Assembly (NCBI GenBank): GCA_002269645.1 | Contig: NIVC01002817.1 | Coordinates: 1-64,000 of the forward strand | Direction: 5' to 3' | Source: Macrostomum lignano | Lineage: Eukaryota | DNA: 64,000 bases | In this document: one piece after another, positions 13,701 to 25,700 of the stretch | How positions within the stretch are numbered: the stretch's first letter is position 1 | How the letters are laid out: every line of letters starts with the position of its first letter | The notes under the pieces: model-generated | What the model was told of the DNA's origin: nothing | Seen by the model: only the letters and a program-made list of their open reading frames with translations | The model's database searches: none | Made by a program: the position numbers and the translations under genes

Positions 13701-14896
13701 TCAACATGAAGTGTAAACAACCCGCGTACAAGAAATAGAAAAGTTCAGGGCTGATGCAATTGTGTAGTTAAATATCAATTAACCAAAGCTCTTCTGAATA
13801 TAAACGGTTAACAAAACAGGAAATATTAACGAAATTTACGAGAAAAACAAAATTAAAACAAAGAATATTAGTTTTTGGAAAAAATCAGCCGTTTTCAAGT
13901 AAATAATTATTTTTAAGTTTTATAAAATACAAATTCTTTAAAAAGTTGGCGTATAAACAACTTTTGACTTGGCGTAAAAAAATTTTGAACTTTACGTCGG
14001 CGTAAAATTGAAAAGACACGAATTTTCACTCCAGCGTACGCCTGCCATGATCCGGACTATGGCATAGCAGCCATGTCATTAGGCCTAATATTGAATGGGT
14101 TGACACTTAAAGACACAGTGGGTGGCCATGTTATTAATATAAAATAGGTTCACACTTAGACACTGTAGGTAGCTATGTCTAATATAGGAACTTATAGGCA
14201 TGGCTGCCATGCTATGTATATAATCATTGATTGGATGAAAAGATTGACCAACTGAAAGTTAGAGTTTTTTAAATGTAATTTAATTTAATTTTTAAGAATA
14301 ACACAAAATCATAGCAATTGTCTTAATCCATTAAGCTACTGCCACTATTTGATTATGAGAGAGGCTTAGAATGTGTTTTATATTGATGATTATAGCCATG
14401 CCTAAAAGCTCAAATATTATAGACATGGCCACCATGTCTATAAGTACTTCATTTAAAAAGTAAAAGGAACTACAGAATGGCAACTCATAGCCTGAGTCAT
14501 AGGCCTTTGTCAAAATATATCAGTAGACCTACAATATGTAAGAAAAAAATATTATAGCTACTTGACAAATGGGCACACAGAGGGCTAGCCTGCCATACAT
14601 TGTGACTATGCCCCCTATGGTTTTAATATGGCTAGGAGAAAACAAGAGGTTGTGATCACATTGACATGCAAAGAATTTTATAGTTTCTTACCATATAAAA
14701 TAGCCAGACCAGTTTCATGAATAAACCGAAATCGTCGATGCTTAAAAAGCCATACAGTAAGGATAGTGACAATCAGTAAACCCAGATACAAAAGAAGAGT
14801 CATGCTATCTGAAACATGATTAATTTGAACTCTTGATTCCTGGGAGGTTTCAATGCTTTTATCTATGCTTGTCTCTTTAGACGACTTAGAAGACAT
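1484..14896 (-). CDS. SLC9A6: Endosomal Na+/H+ exchanger (NHE6/7/9 clade), 9 coding exons
   Basis: Exons 14896-14692, 8449-8154, 7756-7680, 6606-6503, 6414-6153, 5002-4438, 3455-3392, 3309-3242, 1790-1484, all GT-AG with matching phases. Motifs [83 protein letters not shown]. Two apparent 1-nt deletions (6224-6226, 4990-4991). Confidence 0.93.
1829..3225. repeat. 31-bp minisatellite (~45 copies) filling NHE intron 8
   Basis: Unit gattctcaaggactgaggcagcggagaggca, nearly homogeneous. Confidence 0.97.
3242..3455 (-). CDS. SLC9A6: NHE6-like exons 7 (3455-3392) and 8 (3309-3242)
   Basis: VGVEEEPN... then ...GWRKIDK(N), which joins FVKPLLT as in NHE6 WYNFDHNYLKPLLT; phases consistent. Confidence 0.8.
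3838..4345. repeat. 16-bp minisatellite (~31 copies), NHE intron 6
   Basis: Unit gtgtacagatgtataa. Confidence 0.95.
4438..5002 (-). CDS. SLC9A6: NHE6-like exon 6 (apparent 1-nt deletion at 4990-4991)
   Basis: VREH(P)[19 protein letters not shown]...[15 protein letters not shown]...WMHI; gcccag / gtaag. Confidence 0.92.
5110..6110. repeat. 37-bp minisatellite (~27 copies), NHE intron 5
   Basis: Unit cagtgggatcagtagcctgattctcccgaaatcctca. Confidence 0.95.
6153..6414 (-). CDS. SLC9A6: NHE6-like exon 5 (apparent 1-nt deletion at 6224-6226)
   Basis: [34 protein letters not shown]...; adding one base restores [24 protein letters not shown] and the phase-0 donor. Confidence 0.9.
6503..6606 (-). 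CDS. SLC9A6: NHE6-like exon 4
   Basis: [10 protein letters not shown]...[17 protein letters not shown]; ccgcag / gtgag. Confidence 0.9.
6887..7585. repeat. 27-bp minisatellite (~26 copies), NHE intron 3
   Basis: Unit atggggatcagggatgagggagtctat; source of the spurious [12 protein letters not shown]. Confidence 0.95.
7680..7756 (-). CDS. SLC9A6: NHE6-like exon 3
   Basis: [26 protein letters not shown]; ttccag / gtgag. Confidence 0.9.
7890..8110. repeat. 22-bp minisatellite (~10 copies), NHE intron 2
   Basis: Alternating catgaaggcacattggaaacat / catgaaggcacattggggacgt. Confidence 0.9.
8154..8449 (-). CDS. SLC9A6: NHE6-like exon 2
   Basis: [11 protein letters not shown]...[27 protein letters not shown]; cccag acceptor, gtgagg donor. 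Confidence 0.92.
9639..9920 (+). CDS. Small secreted Cys-rich peptide precursor (93 aa), nested antisense in NHE intron 1
   Basis: Signal-peptide-like [16 protein letters not shown], acidic spacer, six-Cys mature region; strongly C/G-ending codons in an AT-rich context; AG acceptor (ttcacag) 1 nt before ATG; TATA-like tatatatg near 9400. Confidence 0.8.
   Translation: MKAVIALLCLVAVASAAYTPAQREEVLDDLVHEIVPFLSVDWNCVKNAGISSSMCILKNLISCGVAIKPPLIAVCLVASCGGDAAKLAYCIKL
10145..11739 (-). mobile_element. Decayed mariner (Tc1/mariner) transposon with TIRs
   Basis: Fragments in several frames: N-terminal [68 protein letters not shown]; inverted ends share aataagttcgc(g)aaaaaa at 10160-10177 and 11708-11724. 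Confidence 0.85.
10430..10964 (+). pseudogene. Decayed four-zinc-finger coding fragment (C2H2 + three C2HC-like), resembling the N-terminus of R2/NeSL-type non-LTR elements
   Basis: One frame, broken by TAG at 10677: CTIC..HNTRMH, (F)PRC..HL*IC, CPYC..HIRNC, CPGC..HRKVC. Confidence 0.6.
13603..14062 (+). mobile_element. 460-bp MITE, termini CCATAGTCC/GGACTATGG, 8-bp TSD CATAGCAG
   Basis: Inverted termini and identical 8-bp flanks (13595-13602, 14063-14070) read directly. Confidence 0.85.
14692..14896 (-). CDS. SLC9A6: NHE6-like exon 1
   Basis: MSSKSS...[30 protein letters not shown], donor G|gtaaga, phase 1. Confidence 0.9.
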
Positions 14897-16547
14897 AGTT
14901 GAATTTTATCACGTCTTACGGTCTGTCTTTAAATCGAAGAATGTTGCGATTTTAGCATTGATCAAATTTTTGAGCAATAGAAAACAATTTAAACAATACG
15001 TAGGGGATAGAGCGACACTGCAACGTTCGTTAACCGCTTAACCGCTTCTTTCGCGTTTCAACTTTTTGATTTCCAAGAAGCATACTTGAATATTGATCAG
15101 ATTTAACAAAAATTGAAGTCTAAGAGAAATATGAAAAATTTTTGCATCCAGCGTATACGAAAATATTTGAATATAAAAAGCTTTTACATCACTTTTCATA
15201 ATCCTCTTTTTCTTGAAAGACATGCCAGCTCATTCTCCCCACCTGAACGCTACTTTTAAAATTACCCTAAACTGACATATCATGAGCAACATACGAAAAT
15301 GTCTCCGACATTGCTGCACTAAGTTTTAGTATTTTAATATGGAAATAAAATGAGTATTTTCCTCAAGTGGCCCATAAATAAAGTATATCAGGCCACCGGT
15401 TACGATATTTTTAAGGTACACTGCAAGTTTTTGGACTAAGCTGCCGTGAATTTGCAGAGGTTAATAATGAGGAATTTTACAAAATTCAGTGTATGACTGT
15501 ACTCATAACAAAAGATCAAGACAATTAAGTACATTTAAAAAACTGGTTATGGATAAAAGTGACGATTAGATTAGACATATGAATTCGTGTGCAGGAAAAA
15601 GTGATCCCAGCTCATAACTAACGTTTATTAAACTTTGTTAGCTGACGGTGTCGGTTGGAAAATGATAACATATTTGCTTGAACCGATCTGGCACTTTTAT
15701 TATTAAAGTTTTAGTCGCAAGCTAGACGCTGTCATGTCTACCATGGTATATCATTGTGTAGATTAAGCAGACTGCGCGAGACAAGCAAGTCCGCATATTG
15801 CAAATTATTTTCCTGCCATTAATACATTACATCGCACTATACAGACACTTATACAGAAGCAACATAATATTAATAAAATGGCTACATAGGCTTGCCAGTG
15901 TCAAAAAAAACTTAATTATAACCTAAGATCAGGTGCGCATGCAGAAAAACTGCATTTACGCCGATAAAGTTGCACACAACAAACATCGGTACATACTAAA
16001 CACGCCTTATTTACAGAGCGTCCGTAAAGAATCAGGTCAGTTCAGGACAAGACGAAGATTAAAAAAGAGAAAAAAGACAGGTTATGGCTTAGTGTGCACA
16101 TAGAGACATGCACTAACACGCACAAGTATGATATAATAAAACTTAATAACGCGGGCAGTTAAGACAGACGGAGAAAAAGCAAAATTCGACAGAAGCAAAA
16201 GTTGAAGCGTGTAAAAACGGTTGCCAAAGCATTCGATGAACAAAAAAAATTAGTCTGACCAAAAACAACAAAGACAAAATCCGAGACGCAGTAAATATCA
16301 GTGTGTGAGTCGCTAAAGTACACTGTCACGATTCGTGCGGAACAATGCAGATTGATGAAACAAACTGTGGGGGGAAGCTGATGCTGGCTGGGTCCAAGGA
16401 ACCAGCAGGTGCTAAAATAGATCATAAGAATAGTTTCAGCGAATTCAGAAGCTTGCAAGTGGAGCCCGACTCTGAGGACTCCTGTTGTCTTTTTCATTTG
16501 GGAATTAATTAACTTGCATTCAAGCAAGACTGAGTTGCACAAAGCTG

Positions 16548-17790
16548 GGTCAGCCAGCAACTGAGAACATGGGAGACTGGCCCAGCAACTGAGGATCTGG
16601 GAGGCTGGCCCAGCAACTGAGAATCTGAGGACTGGCCCAGCAACTGAGAATCTGGGAGGCTGGCCCAGCAACTGAGAAGCTGAGGGCTGGCCCAGCAACT
16701 GAGGATCTTGGAGGCTGGCCCAGCAACTGAGAATCTGAGGGCTGGCCCAGCAACTGAGAATCTGAGGGCTGACCCAGCAACTGAGGATCTTGGAGGCTGG
16801 CCCAGCAACTGAGGATCTGGGAGGCTGGCCCAGCAACTGAGAATCTGAGGGCTGGCCCAGCAACTGAGAATCTGGGAGGCTGGCCCAGCAACTGAGAATC
16901 TGAGGGCTGGCCCAGCAACTGAGAATCTGAGGGCTGACCCAGCAACTGAGAATCTGAGGGCTGGCCCAGCAACTGAGAATCTGAGGGCTGGCCCAGCAAC
17001 TGAGAATCTGAGGGCTGACCCAGCAACTGAGAATCTGAGGGCTGGCCCAGCAACTGAGAATCTGAGGGCTGACCCAGCAACTGAGGATCTTGGAGGCTGG
17101 CCCAGCAACTGAGGATCTGGGAGGCTGGCCCAGCAACTGAGGATCTGGGAGGCTGGCCCAGCAACTGAGAATCTGAGGGCTGGCCCAGCAACTGAGAATC
17201 TGGGAGGCTGGCCCAGCAACTGAGAATCTGAGGGCTGGCCCAGCAACTGAGAATCTGGGAGGCTGGCTCAGCAACTGAGAATCTGAGGGCTGACCCAGCA
17301 ACTGAGAATCTGGGAGGCTGGCCCAGCAACTGAGAATCTGAGGGCTGACCCAGCAACTGAGGATCTTGGAGGCTGGCCCAGCAACTGAGGATCTTGGAGG
17401 CTGGCCTAGCAACTGAGGATCTGAGGGCTGACCCAGCAACTGAGGATCTTGGAGGCTGGCCCAGCAACTGAGGATCTTGGAGGCTGGCCCAGCAACTGAG
17501 GATCTTGGAGGCTGGCCCAGCAACTGAGAATCTGAGGGCTGGCCCAGCAACTGAGGATCTTGGAGGCTGGCCCAGCAACTGAGGATCTGGGAGGCTGGCC
17601 CAGCAACTGAGAATCTGAGGGCTGGCCCAGCAACTGAGGATCTTGGAGGCTGGCCCAGCAACTGAGGATCTGGGAGGATGGCCCAGCAACTAAAAAATCT
17701 GGAAGGCTGGCCCAGCAACTGACACACTTGAAGGCTGGCCCAGCAACTGACACACTTGAAGGCTGGCCCAGCAACTGACACTCTGGGAGG
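16548..17790. repeat. 27/28-bp minisatellite (~45 copies), intergenic
   Basis: Unit gctggcccagcaactgagaatctgagg with ggagg/ttggagg variants; source of spurious ORFs 16159..17810. Confidence 0.96.
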
Positions 17791-18797
17791 CTGGCGCTGG
17801 ACCAATCCAATAATATGTAGTGCGCTCAGAGAAGCCGGCCAGAATCCATGACAAAGTTATTCAGTTGCTAAGCAAAAGCCCGCTGGTTGATCTGTCCAAT
17901 AGTGCAGTTCTGCCTCTCCAGAGTAAGAGCCCAAGCAGAGGAGCTGGCAATATAGAGGCCAACAGAGTTTAAGGAGATTGACAGTCAGGAAAGTCGGTGG
18001 CTCACAAAAAGGAACTATCATTAGTTAATGATATGCCGATACACCGGTACGTCGAGTGTGCAGGTGTTTCAACATACCGTAGCGAGGTCCTGATAAATGT
18101 ATAAAAACTTAGAATGCACAACATCGAATAACACAAATCATGAATATGTTTTCACAAATAAACTGAATGTTTTTAAAACTTATGATCAGTCTCGGATATG
18201 AATATGAAATTAGCGGCGGAATTGTTTAACTGACAGAGAGATCAGACACGGGGGCGGCACGGGGGTATTAATAATTTATAAGTTAATATCAGCATATCAA
18301 ATACCCGAACGAATAGGCAAACACAACACGCAAAGTCGAAGGCTGCTGGGGCCTATCAGTAAGACATGAATAAAAGCAGGGGGACAAGCAAGAAAATTGA
18401 GAAAAGCAACAACGGCAAAGTTCGGTATACGCGTCAATAATTGATAGGAACAGTGAATGCACAGTAATAAAAATTGGGCAATAATAAATTCACAAGAAGC
18501 TGCTTTTAGATTTCTAAAGTATAAAAACGCTTGTGAATTTTCTAATATTCGCACTCTGCGCCACCTGACTCGCAGCGGGTTGGGAGATTGTTTGTTTTAA
18601 AAACATTTGGTTCAAATTCGCGCCAAATGTTCGTAAAATCATTCCGGGTTGCTTTTAATCACTTTCCCGGTTTTATTGCTTTGTATGGCGCCAATTTAAA
18701 CTGACAAATTAACTCTACTTTAGTAAAACAAGTTTAAGAACTAAAACTAAGCCAGAGGGTTTAGTTAACAAGCAAGGGTTAAACTAGGCATCACAGG

Positions 18798-19763
18798 TCA
18801 CTGCTGCCCGAACCCATATTCCGTGTCTATGCCCGGATGGCCCTCCTTCTTGAACAGGCGCTCGGATTCCTCCTGCATCGATTCTTTGATCTTTTGAATG
18901 GCGGCGCTGTCGTTCTGGTCCTGCGGCCCGGGCGGGCCGGAGGGCGGCGGCGGGCCGCCCATGCCAGGGTGGGACTGCATGGCCTGCGACTGCTGCATGT
19001 GCATGTGCGGCTCCGTGTAGTGCAGGTACTCGCTGACCGGCGGCGGGCCCGGCGGCATCCCCGGGTGAGGACTACTGGACGGGCCGCCGCCACCGCCAGG
19101 GCCGCCGCCAGGGCCGCCGCCGGGGCCGCCGCCGCCCCCTCCGGCGCCGCCTCCGCCACCGCCGCCGTTCATCAGGTGACCGCCGGGCGGCATGTCGGAC
19201 GGCATCATCTGCGAGCCGTCGTGCATGTACGGCGGCCCGTGGTGCCCCATCGGCGGCACGTTCATCTGGCGCGGCTGCGGCGGCCCGTACATGGACTCGC
19301 CGCTAGCCGTGGAGTCCTGCGGCGAGGGCATCACGCCAGGCGTGCCCGGTCCCGGCGGGGGGCCGCCGCTGTAGGGCGAGGGCGAGGGCGCAGAGTACGG
19401 CCCTGAGCTGGGCGGCGGCGCCCCGCCCATGGGGTTCCAGCCGGGCCGGGGGCCGCCGCGGTACATGGGGTTGGGCGGCGGCAGTCTGGGCGGCATGCCG
19501 GGTCCTCCACCTGGTGGGCCGCCGGCGCCTCCGCCGCGCTGCATGCCGGGGGGCACCGGGCCGCCGCGGATGTCGACCGGGCCCATCGGGGGCTGCGGGC
19601 CCCCGCCAGCGCCGCCGCCGCCGGGACCGGGCGGACCGCCGGGGAAGAAATCGGACGGCGGCATCGGCGAAGGCCCGCCAGCCTGGGGATTCGGGTGCGG
19701 CGGCATGCCGGGCGGGAAGCCGGTGTTCACGAAGCCCTGCAGGTCAGGGTGCGCGGGCGGCAT
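18798..19763 (-). CDS. SSBP3: SSBP Pro/Gly-rich terminal exon
   Basis: 321-aa ORF with SSDP-like [19 protein letters not shown] and the C-terminal [13 protein letters not shown] motif. Confidence 0.88.
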   Translation of the reverse strand: MPPAHPDLQGFVNTGFPPGMPPHPNPQAGGPSPMPPSDFFPGGPPGPGGGGAGGGPQPPMGPVDIRGGPVPPGMQRGGGAGGPPGGGPGMPPRLPPPNPMYRGGPRPGWNPMGGAPPPSSGPYSAPSPSPYSGGPPPGPGTPGVMPSPQDSTASGESMYGPPQPRQMNVPPMGHHGPPYMHDGSQMMPSDMPPGGHLMNGGGGGGGAGGGGGGPGGGPGGGPGGGGGPSSSPHPGMPPGPPPVSEYLHYTEPHMHMQQSQAMQSHPGMGGPPPPSGPPGPQDQNDSAAIQKIKESMQEESERLFKKEGHPGIDTEYGFGQQ

Positions 19764-22700
19764 GGCTGCTGGCTTTTTGCTGATTCACATGTGAGATTAG
19801 AGCTGACTCTCATGTGAGATTAGAGCTGACTCTCATGTGAGATTAGAGCTGATTCACATGTGAGATTAGAGTTGATTCTCATGTGAGATTAGAGCTGATT
19901 CCCATGAGTTTAGAGCTGATTCTCATGTGAGATTAGAGCTGACTCTCATGTGAGATTAGAGCTGACTCTCATGTGAGATTAGAGCTGATTCACATGTGAG
20001 ATTAGAGCTGATTCACATGTGAGATTAGAGCTGATTCACATGTGAGATTAGAGCTGACTCGCATGTGAGATTAGAGCTGATTTACATGTGAGATTAGAGC
20101 TGATTCACATGTGAGATTAGAGCTGATTCCCATGAGTTTAGAGCTGATTCTCATGTGAGATTAGAGCTGACTCTCATGTGAGATTAGAGCTGACTCTCAT
20201 GTGAGATTAGAGCTGATTCACATGTGAGATTAGAGTTGATTCTCATGTGAGATTAGAGCTGATTCCCATGAGTTTAGAGCTGATTCTCATGCGAGATTAG
20301 AGCTGACTCTCATGTGAGATTAGAGCTAATTCCCATGTGAGGTTAGAGCTAATTCCCATGTGAGATTAGAGTTGATTCTCATGTGAGATTAGAGCTGATT
20401 CTCATGTGAATTTAGAGCTGATTCACATGTGAGATTAGAGCTGATTCCCATGTGAATTCAGAGGTGATTCCAATGCGAGTTCAATTTTCTTGTCGGCACA
20501 AACCCGCACTCACATAGTCGTGAAAGGCCTTGGCCTCGCTGGTGTGCTCGCAGGTGTCCCGACGCTCAGGCGCGGCGCTGTACAGATCCCAAAACACACT
20601 GCAAGGCAGTTCATACAGTTAAAGGCAATATGCACTAGGGACCCATAATCAATTGCAGCGGACACTGAATGCGACAGCTGAACTCACCACCACCAGGAGC
20701 AGAGGAAGCCAGGCGGCTCGCCCAGCGTGATATTTTTCTCCCAACGAATCTCTGACAGAAAGGTTTGAGCAGCCTTGGAGGCGCCGATGTGGACCAGGTA
20801 CTCGTACACGTACAGAGCCAGCCTACAAGCAGTTGCAGACATTTATTGCATTAACATTTCAAGGGGTCATTGCTATTAAGAAAGACGCACCAGTGACATA
20901 AAACTCTTCAATCTGCTACTTAACAGAAAAGGCAAACTTAGAATAACAGTTAACTACTTTGATGACAGGATTTGATGGTGTTGATTTTCGTAAAAAGAAA
21001 TAATCAAAGCAAAGCACAAATGTTCTGTATTTTCAGATAAATTGTTCCTCTTTAAAATTAAATTCAAATTTGCATTTCTTAGATCCTCAATTTTCTTTCC
21101 CTATGCCTTTTTTCTTCTGATTAGCTTTGACTCTTACTTAAACCCTTTCTTAAATTATCTTTTTATCAAGCTTTAATCTTGTTAAATATTGTGTCTGTTT
21201 TATTAGTTGCATTAAACCATTTTTTTGAAAAAGCTTTCTTTGATTGACACTTAAGCTCTGTGTCATCTATATACTAAACCTGACTTGCCTATTTTTTATA
21301 CATAACTGTGTATACTAATGTAAGACCTTAAAAATTCTATATACCAAATATATGCCAAGATTGTCAATGATAGGCAAAGATTTGCTAAAATTTTCTAACA
21401 CAAAGGCCACTTTCTAGACTATGGGGCAGGTGCCATAGTCCAGAGGGTACAATAAGATACATTGGAAAAAATAGAATGTTTCAAAATTTTACACAAAAAT
21501 TTTCTTTAAAAACTCATTTGACTTTGCAAGTGAGTTTTGTAAGAAGTCCTTATACATTGTTATACTTGTAAATAGTAATGGCTTGAAATTATTTTTTGCA
21601 TTGAAATAGAAATCCAAATTTTTGGTTCTTTAGAATTGAAATCAAAATTGAAAATAAACTCAAAATGTTATTCAGTTAAACAAATTTTTGAATTTTCACT
21701 AATCATGCAAAAAAGTTTAATACCTTGCATCTGCATTTATGATCTTTAAAAAATAGGCAAGTCAGGTTTAGTATATAGATGACACAGAGCTTAAGTATCA
21801 ATCAAAGAAAGCCTTTTTAAAAATGACCTTACATGCTTTTTTATAAAATATCTTTGGTGTTTAAACAAAATTACATGAAATTTCTCACTTAAAAATTATG
21901 AAATAGAAAAGGCTGGTGTATTATATATTATACTAAGAATAGAAAGTGTATTTTAATTTACTACTGTTCAAATCAGAGATCTAAATCAATTTCATTAAGG
22001 CTTTTAAAGTCATTAGCAAATTAAAATTCATGCCGATGAGTTCAGCCAGTGGGCTTCTGTGGAGATTTAGGTGGGTGCAGCACAAGGCCTAGAACAATGT
22101 GTGTGCACTGTGCAATCTCTTGCAGAAAAGGCAATTCTTGCCTCCCTTCTAAGTCTTTAAACTGCGCTTCTTTTCACTTCCTATAGATTTTCCTACTTGT
22201 ATAATATGGTCATGAATGTCTAATTGTTAAAATATAACCAAAATTTTGAAATGCTTTTTAATGAAAAGTGTCAAAATTTGAAATCGAAATCAAAATTATT
22301 CTGATGCAAAAATAGGTTTGAAAATTCTGAATATCAAAATAAAAATCAACTTTTGGTCCATCACTACTTATAAAGAACATATTATAAAAATAGTTCTTAT
22401 TTTAAACAAAAAAATTTTGCTATAGGAGTTTTTTCTGTCCTCTATGTAATAGGGTTTCTTAGAAAGCTTAAATTCAAACTTACGCGCAAAAAATGTATGT
22501 TGTTTTACTTTTTGAAATATTCTCAAATAATAGTCTTTTGTTAAAATAAACTCCTTTCAGTTAATACAAATAGGAGCAAAGTTTAGGGAGAGAGAACCAT
22601 CTTGCTCATGCAATTAAATTGTTTACAGCTTGTTCAATACTTATTCTCAGATCATTGATTATTTTTAAGAGTATTTTGCAAAGAAGGTTGAAAGTTGGAA

Positions 22701-25700
22701 TTAGGAATTTTAGAAACAAAAATCCTATTAGTATGAATTCTGAATTCCAAAAATATTGATTCCAAACTTGTTAGCCTACTAACAGTAGTCCATGGGCATT
22801 TTTCTCCTTTTTATATAATTTCCTAGAATTCATACTAGTAGTATTTTTGTAGCTATTTGATTTTGCCATACTTGTAAGTCATAATAACTAAGGCATGGTT
22901 TTTGCTACTTTTGGGGTCATACGAGCTAAATTATTGTTTGTGAGCTTGTTTGATAGCCACCTACGCAATTTAGATTAATGGCAGTTGTTATTTGTCCAGT
23001 AACCAGATAAATAGTGAAGTAGTTATTTGTCTAATCTAGACAAATAGCCATTTTGTTATTTGTCTAGTTAAATTGCTGACATAAGTATCTATTTGTTTAT
23101 TAGTGATGAATATTCTGGATATTTAAGACTTTTATTGTATCCTAAGTAATGTTATGTTATACTAGCTAATGTAAGCAAAGCAAATATATATGCAATTAAG
23201 CCTACACTTGCTTAAATATTTTCTTTCACATCTGCAACCAGTTTGAGTTCCTATATCCTAAAAATGAGATTGCAAGTGCAGCCTAGTAGTGTATAAAGAT
23301 GTACACTAGTATAACAACATAATAATCAAGATACAAATAAGAAGTCATTAAAGTCCAAGAATATTGATTGTAGTTTTTGTAAAATAGATATTATAGCATT
23401 ATCAATTTAACTAGACAAATAACAAAATGCCTATTTATCTGATATTAACCAGATGAATAATGAAACATAGTTACTATCCAATAACTTGACAAACAACCAC
23501 ATTGCTATTTATTTGGTCTCTGGATAAATGATAACTGCCTAGATTAATACTTGCATACTCATCTATAATTTAGGAAAATATTCTATCTTCCACATTTTAG
23601 CAAACATTCCATATCTGCTTCTGTATTTTAATATATGCCAAATAACAATTCCAAATTTATCATCATTTTTATTGACTTTTTACAACTAAAGTTTGACCTT
23701 TTAGAAATATACACCTAAATTTCTTGCATTTTTTTCATTATTGCTACATTAAAATTTTCACTTCAGCCAGTGGCCACATTGATATGCATTCCTATAACCA
23801 GATTTATATTTGTAGCTATGGTAGAACTACTAAAGTTCTTACAATTGCCAAACATTTTATAATTTTATAGCATTATATGATCCATAGTTTGGAAGTTGAC
23901 ATATATACCAAGATTTCCCAGCCTACAACAAGGTACTTGACATTTTTTGGCATACATCAGCTTATATCCTGGCATATATGACACAGCAGAAACATTGTGT
24001 CAATGAAATTTTTTTGTATTGGTGCAAAAACCTACCATATAAATGAGGTGTCGCAAGACTCTAGAAGGTTACATGAATGCGGAAAAATTCTGATGTACAA
24101 ATGATCCCTTTCAAAGTTGGCATACAAATTTTGGCATACAAATTCATGCCATTTTTTTGCATACAAATTTAGGTGAATAAATTCATGCCATACATAAAAA
24201 TTGTAATGTAAATCAATATTTTATGTAAAATAAAGGAAAATGTGTATTGTCTAAAAAGTCAGTGGTAAACTTTTTGCTTCTTTAATATTAACAATAAATA
24301 AAAATAGTATAGTTTAATATTAGAGATTTAGTGTATTTAGATTGTTAACAATGTAAACTTTTCATTATTCTTTTTATAGATATAATTTAAGTTTGTTCTT
24401 GTGCTTGTACTTGTAAAAATGTGCTTGTGCTTGACATATTAGGTTTTCAGCACAGGCTGCAGCGCTACAATCAGCTGGAAGCAATTGCCAATAGGACGTG
24501 GAGCTATGAAATCTCTGCAAGCTCTGCAGCTCAGTCACACATAGATGCGCTTCAGTCGATCTGTCTGGGTCATTTGATCCACATCAGCAATATCTTCTAC
24601 GCCAATTTCAGCTAAGCTTTAAACCACCCGGTGGCACTCAGTATAACTGCATAGATATTTTGATGATGGCTAAGATATATTTTGCTGGAAGACAAGCGTA
24701 CCGAGCTGCGAGAGAACTATAGTGTCTGCCTCATCCAGCTACTCTAAAATGGCACATCGGCGGACTCGGTTCAGTTGGTATAGATAAAGATTGTCAGCTT
24801 ATTATTGAAGCTCATGCATGCTGCAAGTGCTGCAGCCCATTGCAGCGTATCTGCTCTATTGTCCTTGACGAAGTTTATGTGCAGCCTTTCTTACGTCTTT
24901 GTGGAGGCCACGTTATTGGATATGCAGAGGATGCACCACAAAATTTGGCAAGAACTATTCTAGCTATGATGGTTAAGCCATTTATAGGAGCTTCTGCTTT
25001 TGTCGCTCGACTTATTCCTATATATAGTCTACGACCAGAATTTTTGTACGAGCAAATTGTGCGGCTGTTAGAAATTTTGCATGGCCTTGGTGGAACAGCT
25101 GTAGCCATAATCTACGACAATCATTTCATTAATCAAAGCTGTTTCTGAAGATTTCAGTGGGAGAGTGACTCACAACCATGGAAGGCAGTGAATCCAGTAA
25201 ACAAGAATAAACCTTTGTTTTTACTATACGACAGTGTTCATTTGATGAAGAATATTTGCAACAACTGGTACACCCAATTGCACAGACAACTTGAGTTCCA
25301 GTCAATATCAGACAGCGGAGTAACTAGTATAGCTAAATGGAATGATATTATTGAAATTGAGGAGCAATCGCGTGGTCACATAGTTCGACCAACTACACTC
25401 AGTCCGGTGTCTTGCCACTTGTCACCATTGGAACAACAGAAAGTTTTACTAGTGCTTGATGTGTTCAATGATAAAACGGTTGCTGCTCTTCATTTGAATA
25501 GTTGTCTTGAAACAGCAGATTTCGTTGAAAGTGTACTAAAATTCTAGAGTGCGAAAGTCAAACGAGTGCGAAAATTTGACATTTCTACTCCAATTTGCTA
25601 CTCTGATTAAAGGGATGTCAGGCGGCCGAGGAGCAGGATGATTGCATTCACTGATGACAGAGATGCGAAACGCATTGTACCAAACTGTATGAGGCCTTGT

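Noticed and set aside
16159-17810. Long ORFs (548, 379, 245 aa) as genes
   Set aside because: They are translations of a 27/28-bp minisatellite, open in several frames
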